Assembly (NCBI GenBank): GCA_041584755.1
Contig: JBFHDK010000003.1
Location: 12,073-76,072, forward strand
Direction of reading: 5' to 3'
DNA length: 64,000 nt
DNA from: Porticoccaceae bacterium
GTDB taxonomy: Bacteria > Pseudomonadota > Gammaproteobacteria > Pseudomonadales > Porticoccaceae
Shown: in pieces, positions 42,754 through 52,312 of the stretch
Numbering within the stretch: position 1 is the first letter of the stretch
Layout: every line of letters begins with the position of its first letter
The notes under the pieces: model-generated
The model's input: only the letters and a program-made list of their open reading frames with translations
Told to the model about the DNA's origin: nothing
Databases searched by the model: none
Position numbers and translations under genes: made by a program

Positions 42754-43316
42754 CCGCTTGCCTTGCGTTTAAGCACCAGGTTGTCGATGCCGTTTTGCAG
42801 CAGCGTCGCCCGGGCGCCCGCAAGCTTGGAGCGCGAGTTGAAGGGACCGACAACGACACGGTGCCAGGTGCCCGAGGACTGGCTGGTGGTCGCTTCGATG
42901 TGGGCGTCCAGATTTAGCAAAAGTAGTCGCGCGCGCAGGCTGTCGGCATCCTGGGTGCTGCGAAATGAACCCGCCTGCAGGAGAAAAATCTCGTCCGATG
43001 CGCCACTGCCGCGTAACGGACTACGTTCGGCTTCCGGCACGACTACCTCGGACTCGGGCAGCAGGGTGTAAAAGTCAAACCGGGGTTCCATGTTTTCGGA
43101 TGGTTCGGCACCGGTGATTTCATCCAGTGCCCGGCTGATGTCGTTGGCGGGATTATCTCAGTGTTGGATCGAGGCCGCGGTCAGAATGCCCGCCACAAAA
43201 CCGACCAACAGCCAGGGCCAGCGGCGTGTGGCGAGAGGGGCCGCAGGTGCGCGCTTTGTTTTTCGCACGGCGGCTTTGCGTTTTTTGCCGGGTTTATTTG
43301 CGTAATCCGATGCCAT
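42750..43316 (-). pseudogene. FtsN-like SPOR-domain protein interrupted by in-frame TGA (43158-43160)
   Basis: N-terminal fragment (43161-43316): MASDYANKPGKKRK... plus TM WPWLLVGFVAGILTAA. In the same frame, 22 sense codons after the TGA lead into the C-terminal ORF 42750-43091 (RFDFYTLLPESEV... plus SPOR domain FLLQAGSF...WHRVVVGPF). Confidence 0.6.
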
Positions 43317-43429
43317 GATCAAGGGGCCTGACTGCGAATTCTGATTGTAGTTGCCCGTCGTTGGGACGCTCCGAACAATGTTATCCAAGTTTTTATATTA
43401 ATTCCATAAGCAGTTGAAATTATTTGTAT

Positions 43430-45733
43430 TTAAGACATATCCTGGGGGTCTACGTCGATCGACCAGCGGACTTTGCGCGCTTGCTTGTCGGCTTCAAGCC
43501 AGTGACTGGTTTGATTCAGCAGGTGGTGCAGGGTGGACCTGTCCTGGGCGACCATTGCCAGCTGGTAGCGGTAGCGTTGATTGCGCCGCTCCAACGGCGC
43601 GGGAAAAGGGCCGATATAGCGTAGCACCGGACTGGGCGCGATCTTCTGCTGGCACAACCGGCGAGCGGCGCTTAGCAACTGCTCCGCGTCCCGGGCCGAG
43701 GCTGCTTCCACGCGGATCAGGGCCATGTTAGCCGTGGGCGGCATGGCGTTTAATTGACGTTCTGTCATCAGGTGCTGGGCAAAATCCGAATAGGGTTTTT
43801 GGGTCAGGAGATTCAGCAGCGGGTGATCGCAATGGTGACTCTGGATCAGAACTCGGCCTCGATGGTCGCCACGGCCGGCGCGGCCGGCCACCTGGGTAAG
43901 CAGTTGGCCAAGTCTTTCGGTGGCGCGAAAGTCGGGACTGAACAGGCCGTTGTCGGCATCCAGCACCACCACCAGCGTGATATTCGGAAAGTGATGGCCT
44001 TTGGCCAGCATCTGGGTGCCCACCAGGATACAGGGCTTGCCGCTATTAATTTCCGCCATGTAGTCGCTCATGGCGTGTTTTCGGCGGGTGCTGTCCCGGT
44101 CGATGCGGATAATCGGCGTATCCGGAAACAGTGCTTCCAGGGTGCTCTCGCCGCGTTGGGTGCCCTGCCCGAGATACAGCAGTTGCCCGCCGCCACAGGC
44201 ATCGCAGGTGGCCGGTACGCCCTGCCGATAGTCACAATGATGGCAGCAGAGACAGGCGCTTTGCTGATGGTAGGTCAGCCGGGCGTCACAACGTTTACAC
44301 TCGGCTGTCCAGCCGCAATCGTGGCACAGCAGCGTCGATGCAAAGCCTCGGCGGTTCAGGAACACCAGTACCTGATGGCCCGCGTTCAACTCCTCGCTCA
44401 TGGCGCTGATGGCGGCTCCGGAAAAACCGGCGCCGAGCTGGAGCCTGCGGATATCCACCAGCTCCCAGTTGGGTTGGCTGGCGCCGCCATGCCTGCCGCT
44501 GAGTTTTAGATACTGGAAGCGTTCCCGCTCGCAGTTATAGAGGCTTTCCAGAGACGGCGTGGCGCTACCCAGTAGCACGGGGACGTCCTCGTGGCGTGCA
44601 CGCATGATGGCGACATCCCTTGCCGAATAACGGAAACCACCTTCCTGTTGTTTGAACGATGAGTCATGTTCTTCATCGACGATAATAATCCCGGGATTTA
44701 GCAGCGGTGTGAACACTGCCGAACGGGTGCCAATGACGATGGCCGCGTTGCCGGTACGGGCCGCGCACCAGGCTTGCAAACGCTGCTTGTCATTCAGGCC
44801 CGAATGCAGCACCGCGACAGTGCGGTTAAACCGGCTGGAAAAGCGGGTCAGGGTCTGGGGCGTGAGGCTGATTTCCGGCACCAGCACCAACGCCTGCTTT
44901 CCGCGGGCAAGCACCTTTTCGATGGCCTGTAGATAGACCTCCGTTTTACCGCTCCCGGTTTCACCGTCCAGCAACAGGCACTGATAGCCCTGGGGAGGGA
45001 TGGCCGCCAGGGCCTGCCGTTGATCCGCCGATAGCGCCAGTGCCGCTTCTTTTAACAGGGCCTTGTCCGCCAGGGCCTGATTTGGGTTCGGGTTTGTTCC
45101 CCCCTGGTTGCCGTCCAGCGGGCGCTGATAGTTCTCGATCAGACTTTTATCCACCAGCGCCTTGAGATGAGCGCTTCCAAAGCCTTGATCCAACAGGCTT
45201 TGATGGGAAGCTTCCCCTTGCTGCAAGACGGCCAGCAGGGCGGCTTGCTTTGGCGCCCGTTGTAGTGCGCCTTCCGGCAGCCCCATGCCTCGTGTGGTAA
45301 GCCGCCAGTATTTTTCGCTGGGCAGGGGCCCACCGTTGCGCAGTATGGTGGGTAGGGCGGTAGCCAGGGCTTCGCCGGGTGGCGCGTGGTAATAGCTCGA
45401 CGCCCATTCCAGGAGGTCGAGTAGGCGGCTCGTCAGCAGGGGGCTGTCATCGAGTACTGTGTCGATGGCTTTGAGTTTGTTTGCCGGCAGGTTTGTATCG
45501 CACTGTTTTCGGACCACCAGGCCGGTCACCGTTCGGGAGCCAAAGGGGACCCTCACTCTGGTGCCTGGAGCCAGCTCGCTGGGGGATTCGGCCGGTGGTA
45601 GGTAATCAAACAGCCGGCGCAAGGGGGAGGCGATCGCCACCTGGTAGACGGCTTGGCTGTCTGCTGCGGACTTGTTCACTAACGTCTTGAAACCTGATGA
45701 CTTTCTGGTAGTATGCGCGCTCGCGAAAAACAC
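43430..45733 (-). CDS. priA: primosomal protein N' (replication restart helicase)
   Basis: Walker [16 protein letters not shown], Cys-rich zinc module CHDCGW..C..C...CHHCDY. Divergent from rpmE as in E. coli. The exact start is uncertain and may lie downstream of 45733. Confidence 0.9.
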   Translation of the reverse strand: MFFASAHTTRKSSGFKTLVNKSAADSQAVYQVAIASPLRRLFDYLPPAESPSELAPGTRVRVPFGSRTVTGLVVRKQCDTNLPANKLKAIDTVLDDSPLLTSRLLDLLEWASSYYHAPPGEALATALPTILRNGGPLPSEKYWRLTTRGMGLPEGALQRAPKQAALLAVLQQGEASHQSLLDQGFGSAHLKALVDKSLIENYQRPLDGNQGGTNPNPNQALADKALLKEAALALSADQRQALAAIPPQGYQCLLLDGETGSGKTEVYLQAIEKVLARGKQALVLVPEISLTPQTLTRFSSRFNRTVAVLHSGLNDKQRLQAWCAARTGNAAIVIGTRSAVFTPLLNPGIIIVDEEHDSSFKQQEGGFRYSARDVAIMRARHEDVPVLLGSATPSLESLYNCERERFQYLKLSGRHGGASQPNWELVDIRRLQLGAGFSGAAISAMSEELNAGHQVLVFLNRRGFASTLLCHDCGWTAECKRCDARLTYHQQSACLCCHHCDYRQGVPATCDACGGGQLLYLGQGTQRGESTLEALFPDTPIIRIDRDSTRRKHAMSDYMAEINSGKPCILVGTQMLAKGHHFPNITLVVVLDADNGLFSPDFRATERLGQLLTQVAGRAGRGDHRGRVLIQSHHCDHPLLNLLTQKPYSDFAQHLMTERQLNAMPPTANMALIRVEAASARDAEQLLSAARRLCQQKIAPSPVLRYIGPFPAPLERRNQRYRYQLAMVAQDRSTLHHLLNQTSHWLEADKQARKVRWSIDVDPQDMS

Positions 45734-45895
45734 GGTTCGTTGGCGCTATGGCTCGCGTTTGCTAAAAGCAAACAAAAGACGAGCGACTTTGGACCGGCTG
45801 ACAGTATACAGGGCTGGGGCGTGATTCCCGTAACGGTGTCGGGCGCCGAGCTGCTATATTACTCAAACATTGCCAATGTCAGACAGGACATCAAA

Positions 45896-46114
45896 ATGAA
45901 AGCTGAAATTCACCCGGAGTACGGCCAGTTAACCGCTACCTGCAGTTGTGGCAATGTTGTCGAAGTGGGTTCGACTCTGGTCGAGTCGATTCATATTGAC
46001 GTTTGTTCCAAGTGTCACCCCTTCTATACCGGCAAGCAGAAAGCTGCTGAAACCGGCGGTCGAATCGATCGTTTCAACAAGCGTTTCGGTGCTCTGGGCG
46101 GTAGTAAAAAGTAA
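45896..46114 (+). CDS. rpmE: 50S ribosomal protein L31 (Zn-ribbon, C+ form)
   Basis: MKAEIHPEY..., CSCG...[10 protein letters not shown], 72 aa. The ORF-track entry 45713 is a spurious 5' extension. Confidence 0.95.
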   Translation: MKAEIHPEYGQLTATCSCGNVVEVGSTLVESIHIDVCSKCHPFYTGKQKAAETGGRIDRFNKRFGALGGSKK

Positions 46115-46146
46115 AAACAACCGTCACTTTTTTGTGAAGTGGCTCC

Positions 46147-47013
46147 ATGAAATACCTTAAAAAAGCGCCCTGGCTTGCAGCTGGTGGCGCTTTTTTTATG
46201 TCGCTGGTCGCCTTGTTGCCTGCGTCACAAAATCCTGAAGCGCGCATCGCGGCAACCTCCCAACCTTCCCATCAAAAAGTTGTCAGCAAAGATAGTGATT
46301 GTGCACTTGAAGGTGTTGGTGAAGCTGTTTCCCTCGCGCAAGTCTACGATGGCGATACCCTGCTGCTGGAAGATGGGCGTAAAATACGTCTGCTAGGGCT
46401 GAATACCCCGGAGCTGGGGCGTGGTAAAAAGCCTGATCAGGCTTTTGCCAGAGAAGCGAAACGAGCCGTGGAGCATTTCTTTGCCGACGGACAGCAAATC
46501 TGGATTCAAACGGACTCACAGCTTCTGGATAAACATGGTCGTGTACTGGCCCACGTGTTCAAGGGTGGTTCGATGGAACAGAGCATTAACCTGGAACAAA
46601 CACTACTGGAATCCGGACTCGCCTGGCACGTCGCCGTGCCGCCCAATCTGGGATTGGCCCCCTGCCTGGCCAATGCCGAAAGCAAAGCGCAACAGGCTGG
46701 CCGGGGCGTGTGGGCGAGCTATAAGCCGACGGTGCTGGCGGACGAGCGGATAAAGGAGGGTGGCTACCAGCGCATCACCGCGAGGGTTAGCAAGGTGGTT
46801 TTCGCCAACGCCTGGTGGATAAGTTTTGGTGATGGGTATAGTGGCGTCATTTATCCGGAACACCAGCGCTATTTTTCCCGACGGGAAGTCGCTGCCTGGG
46901 AAGGTCAATGGCTTGAGCTAGAGGGCTGGGTTTACAAAGCCAGCTATAAAAACCGGCCGCAATGGCGGATCAAACTGGAAACCCCTTACGCGGTAACAAA
47001 AACGGATTACTGA
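46147..47013 (+). CDS. secreted thermonuclease (staphylococcal nuclease-like) family protein with extra C-terminal domain
   Basis: Signal peptide. SNase motifs VYDGDTLLLEDGRKIRLLGLNTPE and LLESGLAW. Confidence 0.7.
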   Translation: MKYLKKAPWLAAGGAFFMSLVALLPASQNPEARIAATSQPSHQKVVSKDSDCALEGVGEAVSLAQVYDGDTLLLEDGRKIRLLGLNTPELGRGKKPDQAFAREAKRAVEHFFADGQQIWIQTDSQLLDKHGRVLAHVFKGGSMEQSINLEQTLLESGLAWHVAVPPNLGLAPCLANAESKAQQAGRGVWASYKPTVLADERIKEGGYQRITARVSKVVFANAWWISFGDGYSGVIYPEHQRYFSRREVAAWEGQWLELEGWVYKASYKNRPQWRIKLETPYAVTKTDY

Positions 47014-47051
47014 ATTGGCCGCAGGCGCTGGTCACTGCGGGCGCAGCCCTA

Positions 47052-48038
47052 CTAAAGATCCCAGCTCAGCGATGTGGCGTACTTAAAGTCATTTTTCTTC
47101 ACCCCGTCGGGTACATCGCTGTCATGCTCGTTACTGAGGCCGATTTTCAGGCGCATGCTGGCGTTAAGTTTGTTTACCCAGGCCAGGGAGGTGATATTAC
47201 GAAATTCGGATAACTCATCGAGCTGGGGATAAAAAGTGGTTTTGAACTCGATTTTGTGATGTTCCGTCAGGGTCCAGTAGCTGAGAAGTTCTAGCAAACC
47301 CTCGGGGGAGATGTCGTCGTCATCACCACCGAATTCCCGATTGAAGCCAATACCGGTTTTCCCGCTGAGCAACCAGTCATCACGCTTGATAAAGTCCTTA
47401 CCGACACCGCCGGCGAGATTGAGGCGGTAATCCCAGTCCTGGAAATCGTCCCAGTCGAAGCGACCCGAGGTGAAATAAAAGTAGGGTGAATCGGGTAGCA
47501 GCCAGTCCCGGTTGAGCGCGGCGAAAAATTCGTCCTGGGATTTCTCACCGTCTTTTTCACTTTGGTCGTAGACCGATTGAAAATCCCAACGGTGTTCGGC
47601 ATTTTCGTGTCTGGCGTTCAAGGCCAGGTGAATATCCTGGGATTGGGAGTTGCCATCGGAACCACTGATACCCAGGTCAAGTTGTTTTTCCCATTCGGGC
47701 AGGAGCCAGGCGGGTGCGCGGGGAGCAGCTTGCTCCGCGATACTCACCGTGTCTTTCCTTGCGTCTGTTTCAGGTGGGGTCTCCGGTTGTGCCTGGACCA
47801 GGGAAAACTGTCCGGAATTAAGCGTCAGCGTACCCAAGACCGGGTGCTGGAAAGTGGTTGTTTCACCAATTTGCCCAACAATTTCTCCTTTCAGGGTGTC
47901 GCCGTTGCTCAGAGTAATGTGTGTGAGCTCCCTTTGAGGAGGAGTCTCAGGCGTACCTGCGTTAGAGGGAGAGCTGGTTGAAAAACCGAAAACAATGGCA
48001 GCCAGGGTGATGGCGCTCGGGAAAACAAAACGATTCAT
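47052..48038 (-). CDS. DUF481 (YdiY-like) outer-membrane beta-barrel protein
   Basis: Start at ATG 48038 with a signal peptide. Alternating beta-strand pattern. C-terminal DGVKKNDFKYATSLSWDL resembles the DUF481 terminal strand motif. Confidence 0.6.
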   Translation of the reverse strand: MNRFVFPSAITLAAIVFGFSTSSPSNAGTPETPPQRELTHITLSNGDTLKGEIVGQIGETTTFQHPVLGTLTLNSGQFSLVQAQPETPPETDARKDTVSIAEQAAPRAPAWLLPEWEKQLDLGISGSDGNSQSQDIHLALNARHENAEHRWDFQSVYDQSEKDGEKSQDEFFAALNRDWLLPDSPYFYFTSGRFDWDDFQDWDYRLNLAGGVGKDFIKRDDWLLSGKTGIGFNREFGGDDDDISPEGLLELLSYWTLTEHHKIEFKTTFYPQLDELSEFRNITSLAWVNKLNASMRLKIGLSNEHDSDVPDGVKKNDFKYATSLSWDL

Positions 48039-48154
48039 ATAGGACAAACTTCTGATAAAAGGAGCTGGTTTACTTAACAAACCCCCGGATTATACCTTGT
48101 GCGCTAATTGCGGATATTGTCCACGCATCGCTTGCTCGGGAGAATACGGCTGGG

Positions 48155-49366
48155 TCAGATCCTTTTCGAGGTAATAATGCCTCGGTTTTCCAGATCTTCG
48201 ATCTGATGATCAGTATAGTTGAGTCGTTCTTTTAGGATTGCGTGATTGGCGTCGCCAAGAAACCCCGCTTGAATATCCAGGGGCTCCGGAAATTGACTAA
48301 AGCGCAGCGGATTATTGGGAATTCTAATCTGGCCAAATACGGGGTCGGGGATGTTGCGAACCGTGCCTCGCGCCACTATGTGGGGGTGACTCATTACCTC
48401 GGGTATTGAAAGGATGGGTGCGGCTGGCACCCGGTGTTCGTGCAGGCGTTCTATGGCTTCGTCGGCATCGTCGATGTCATCGAGCCATTTCTGTATCGCC
48501 GCATTGACCAGATCGCGGTTTTTATTTCTCGCCATCGGCTCGGCGCAACGTGGATCTTCCAGCAGGTCCGGTCGCCCGATAAGTTTGACCAGCCTGACCC
48601 AGCTGTCCCTTGACGCGATAATAAACAGGTGTCTGTCGGCGCAGGGATAGATACCCAGGGGCGCAACGAGTGCGTGGTGGGCGCCCTGGCGTTTTAAGAC
48701 AATTTGTTCACCCGAACCGTCATAGAGTTCGACTGCCATTTCGTGATAGCTGAATAGCACGTCGACCAGGGAGATATCGATATACTGGCCGCCGTGACCT
48801 CTGAACTTGTGAAACAGCGCGGCGACAATCGCGCCATAAGCATGGGCGCCGGTAGAGACATCGCCAAATGCCAGATCGGGGAAAATAGGGTTGCCGTCCG
48901 GCTCGCCATTCATATCCAGCACACCGGCATAGGACTGGCCAATAAAATCGTAGCCCGGCTGTTCAGCCAGCGGTCCGGTCTGGCCGAAACAGGAGATGGA
49001 GCACATGATCAGGTCGGGGTTTAGCTTGCTCAGTGTTTCCCAGTCCAGCTTGTGTCGTTTCATAACCCCGGGGGCGAAATTCTCGACCACAACATCAGCA
49101 TCTTTGATCAGTTGGTACAGGATTTCCCTGGCCTCGGGAGTACTTATGTCCATGGCCATGCTCATTTTGCCGATATTGTGCTGGATAAAACAGGCGCTGC
49201 GGCCCTCCTTGTGGAAGGGCAGGGTTCGGATCGGATCCCCGGTGAGGGGTTCAATTTTTATGACCTCGGCGCCCTGCTCGGCCATCAGCCTGGTGCAGTG
49301 AGGTCCTGCCACAATGTGGGTGAAGTCCACAACCTTTATACCACTGAGGATGGGTGTTCGAGACAT
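48155..49366 (-). CDS. family III (CaiB/BaiF) CoA-transferase, paralogue 1
   Basis: 403 aa. IKVVDFTHIVAGPHCT, MCSISCFGQTGPL, AFGDVSTGAHAYGAI. AGGGAGGGA SD. Confidence 0.85.
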   Translation of the reverse strand: MSRTPILSGIKVVDFTHIVAGPHCTRLMAEQGAEVIKIEPLTGDPIRTLPFHKEGRSACFIQHNIGKMSMAMDISTPEAREILYQLIKDADVVVENFAPGVMKRHKLDWETLSKLNPDLIMCSISCFGQTGPLAEQPGYDFIGQSYAGVLDMNGEPDGNPIFPDLAFGDVSTGAHAYGAIVAALFHKFRGHGGQYIDISLVDVLFSYHEMAVELYDGSGEQIVLKRQGAHHALVAPLGIYPCADRHLFIIASRDSWVRLVKLIGRPDLLEDPRCAEPMARNKNRDLVNAAIQKWLDDIDDADEAIERLHEHRVPAAPILSIPEVMSHPHIVARGTVRNIPDPVFGQIRIPNNPLRFSQFPEPLDIQAGFLGDANHAILKERLNYTDHQIEDLENRGIITSKRI

Positions 49367-49617
49367 ACTTCCCTCCCTATCGAATGATTATCGGGGCGGT
49401 GTTTCGTAACGTTTATTCACTAAAGCAGGTTTTGGTGTCCGGTTTGTTTTTCGCGCTTTTCCAGAGTGTTATTCAATATCGAAGCGTTGTTTAAGTTGCT
49501 TAGGCGATGTAAACGAAGATTTTTTACTATTATTTGAGGACGTTCCCCGGTTCCGAGGAACGTCCCCTTAGCCAGTTAGAAATGAGCTTTCTGCAGTTAA
49601 TTCGACCTGGGTGATGA

Positions 49618-50823
49618 TCAGATATTTTTCGAAGCGATTATCGCTGCCGATTCTAGTTCCTCAATTTTTTCGGCGCTGTAGTTCAGGTGATCGCGCAGAA
49701 TTTCGTGATTATGCTGCCCCAGGGTGCCGGCTCTGAGGTCCGGTGGCTCCGGGAACTCGGAGAAGCGCAGCGGGGTTCGGGGAATGTGAATGTCGCCAAA
49801 AATATCGTCCTTGATGGTGCGTACGCAGCCCCGCTCCTTGACGTGGGGATGGTTCATGAATTCCGCGATATTGAGAATGGGCGCGCAGGGCACGCGGTTG
49901 GCTTCCAGGACTTCCATGGCGGTGTAGATGTCTTCCTGGGTATCGAGCCAGTCCTGGATAGCGCCGTTGATTTCGTCTTTATACTTACCCGCATCAGCCG
50001 GATTTTTGAATCGGGGGTCGCTGGCCATATCCGGTCGGTTGATGGCTCTGGTTAGCCCCCGCCACTGGTTCAGACCGACGATAAACATATATTTATCCTT
50101 GCATTTGAAAATGCCGGCCCCTGCCAGCAGGTAATGCTCTGGCCCGGCCCGGTGGGGCAACATCTGACCGCCGGTGCTGTCGTAGAGCTGTACGCTGAGT
50201 TCGTGAAAACTGAAAAGAACTTCAATCAGCGAGATGTCGATGTGCTGACCGCTGCCGCCTTTCAGGCGGTGCATCAAGGCCATGACAATGGCGGCACAGG
50301 CATGGGCGCCGGTAGCGATATCGCCAAAGGCAAAATCACCGTATACGGGGGTGTCATCCTTTTTGCCCAGCAAATCGATAATGCCGGCGTAGGACTGGCC
50401 AATCCAGTCAAAGCCTGGCAGCTCGGCCAGGGGGCCGGTCTGGCCGAAACAGGAGATGGAGCACATCACCAGGTTGGGGTTGATTTTCTTTAGGGTTTCC
50501 CAGTCCATATTGTGGCGTTTCATGACGCCGGGTTTAAAGTTTTCCACCACCACATCAGCCTGTTTGATGAGTTCGTGGCAGATCGCCTGGGCCTCGGGTG
50601 ATTCCAGATCCAGACACATGGACTTTTTGCCGATGTTGTGCTGAATGAAGTAGCCGCTGCGTCCCTCCCGCTGCATGGGCAGAGTGCGGGCAAGTTCGCC
50701 GCCGAGGGGTTCAATCTTGATCACTTCGGCACCGTGTTCGGCGAGCATTTTCGTACAGTGTGGTCCGGCGACCACATGGGTGAAATCGACGACTTTAAAG
50801 CCGTCCAACATACGTTGGGTCAT
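49618..50823 (-). CDS. family III CoA-transferase, paralogue 2
   Basis: 401 aa, colinear with paralogue 1. FKVVDFTHVVAGPHCT, AFGDIATGAHA, ends IIASKNI. Confidence 0.85.
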   Translation of the reverse strand: MTQRMLDGFKVVDFTHVVAGPHCTKMLAEHGAEVIKIEPLGGELARTLPMQREGRSGYFIQHNIGKKSMCLDLESPEAQAICHELIKQADVVVENFKPGVMKRHNMDWETLKKINPNLVMCSISCFGQTGPLAELPGFDWIGQSYAGIIDLLGKKDDTPVYGDFAFGDIATGAHACAAIVMALMHRLKGGSGQHIDISLIEVLFSFHELSVQLYDSTGGQMLPHRAGPEHYLLAGAGIFKCKDKYMFIVGLNQWRGLTRAINRPDMASDPRFKNPADAGKYKDEINGAIQDWLDTQEDIYTAMEVLEANRVPCAPILNIAEFMNHPHVKERGCVRTIKDDIFGDIHIPRTPLRFSEFPEPPDLRAGTLGQHNHEILRDHLNYSAEKIEELESAAIIASKNI

Positions 50824-50994
50824 GGTAAAGGTCCCTGTAAATGAGAGTTCTTATCTTTGCCTCACAATACTGGCAAAGTCTCATGCTTGTAAAGCCGGTG
50901 GTGCTGTTTCATCAATGCCGGGCACTGGACGGGCGCGGATTTGGCTAAGAACCGGGTCTTATGGACATCCGGCCTGTCGACCAGTGACAGATGC

Positions 50995-52203
50995 CTATAT
51001 GTTTTTCGACGCTATGATGCCTCTGCTTTCTAGCTGTGCAATCTGTTCAGCGCTGTAGTTGAGAGATTGACCCAGGATCTCGTGGTTATGTTGGCCAAGC
51101 ATACTCGCCTGGGCATCCGGGGTGTCGGGGAAACCGGAAAAGCGCAAGGGAGTGCGGGGGATATGCAACTCGCCCCACACGGGGTCCTTGACCGTGCGCA
51201 CGACACCCCTTTCCTTGCAGTGGGGCAGGTCCATCACTTCGGGGATCGACAGGATGGGCGCACAGGGGACCCGGTATTCCTGCAACCGTTCCACGGCTTT
51301 GTGGACATCACCGACGCTATCCAGCCAGGCCTCGACGGCTTCGGTGATTTCGTCTCGATATTGCCCGCGTGTATTGAGGTCGTTGAGCCTGGGGTCTTCG
51401 AGCATGTCTTCCCGTCCCATGGCTTTTACCAGCCCTTCCCATTGGTGGGCGAGGCCCAAAATAAAGATGAATCGATCCTTGCAGCGATAAATCCCTATCG
51501 GCGCCAGCAAGGTGTGGTAGCGGCCAGCCCGCTTTGGCTGGAATTCACCTTTGCTGGTGTCGTAGAGCTGCACGTGCAGCTCGTGATAACTGAACAGCAC
51601 TTCGATTAACGAGATATCGATGTGTTGTCCGCTACCGCCTCTCAGGCGGTGCAGGAGGGCGGAAACGATGGCGCCGTAGGCATGGGCGCCGGTAGAGGCA
51701 TCACCAAACGCGTATTCGCCAAATACCGGGACATCTTCCGGGTCTCCGGTCATGTCGATGATGCCAGCGTAGGATTGGCCGATCCAGTCGTAGCCAGGCA
51801 GGTGGGACAGCGGCCCGGTCTGGCCAAAGCAGGAGATGGAGCACATCACCAGGTTGGGGTTGATTGCTTTCAGGGTCTCCCAGTCCAGGTTGTGGCGTTC
51901 CATCACACCGGGGGAAAAGTTCTCGACCACGACATCGGCATCCCTGATCAGCTGATGACAGATATCCTGACCTTCGGGTGTCGAAATATCCATGCACATG
52001 GTCTTTTTGCCAATGTTGTGCTGGATAAAGTAGGCGCTACGGCCATTCTTCTGGTTGGGTAGTTGTCGCGATAGCTCGCCGCCGATGGGCTCTATCTTGA
52101 TAACGTCTGCTCCCTGCTCGGCCAGCATTTTGGTGCAGTGTGGCCCGGCGACCACGTGGGTGAAATCGATGACTTTGAAGCCATCCAGCATACCTTGGCT
52201 CAT
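50995..52203 (-). CDS. family III CoA-transferase, paralogue 3
   Basis: 402 aa. FKVIDFTHVVAGPHCT, AFGDASTGAHAYGAI, ends IIASKNI (closest to paralogue 2). Confidence 0.85.
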   Translation of the reverse strand: MSQGMLDGFKVIDFTHVVAGPHCTKMLAEQGADVIKIEPIGGELSRQLPNQKNGRSAYFIQHNIGKKTMCMDISTPEGQDICHQLIRDADVVVENFSPGVMERHNLDWETLKAINPNLVMCSISCFGQTGPLSHLPGYDWIGQSYAGIIDMTGDPEDVPVFGEYAFGDASTGAHAYGAIVSALLHRLRGGSGQHIDISLIEVLFSYHELHVQLYDTSKGEFQPKRAGRYHTLLAPIGIYRCKDRFIFILGLAHQWEGLVKAMGREDMLEDPRLNDLNTRGQYRDEITEAVEAWLDSVGDVHKAVERLQEYRVPCAPILSIPEVMDLPHCKERGVVRTVKDPVWGELHIPRTPLRFSGFPDTPDAQASMLGQHNHEILGQSLNYSAEQIAQLESRGIIASKNI

Positions 52204-52312
52204 GGCAAACCCCTTCTGTTATCGGTTTATCGTTATTAGGCGGGGGTTTTTTAGCGATAGTTAGTCCCCGTTTTCTTGTAGTTTATGGAGCCGGCAGGGA
52301 GCAGGGCAAGCC

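Noticed and set aside
46147-48038. Secreted thermonuclease plus DUF481 barrel as a novel system.
   Set aside because: The genes are convergent, not co-transcribed. Both are common stand-alone envelope or secreted proteins.
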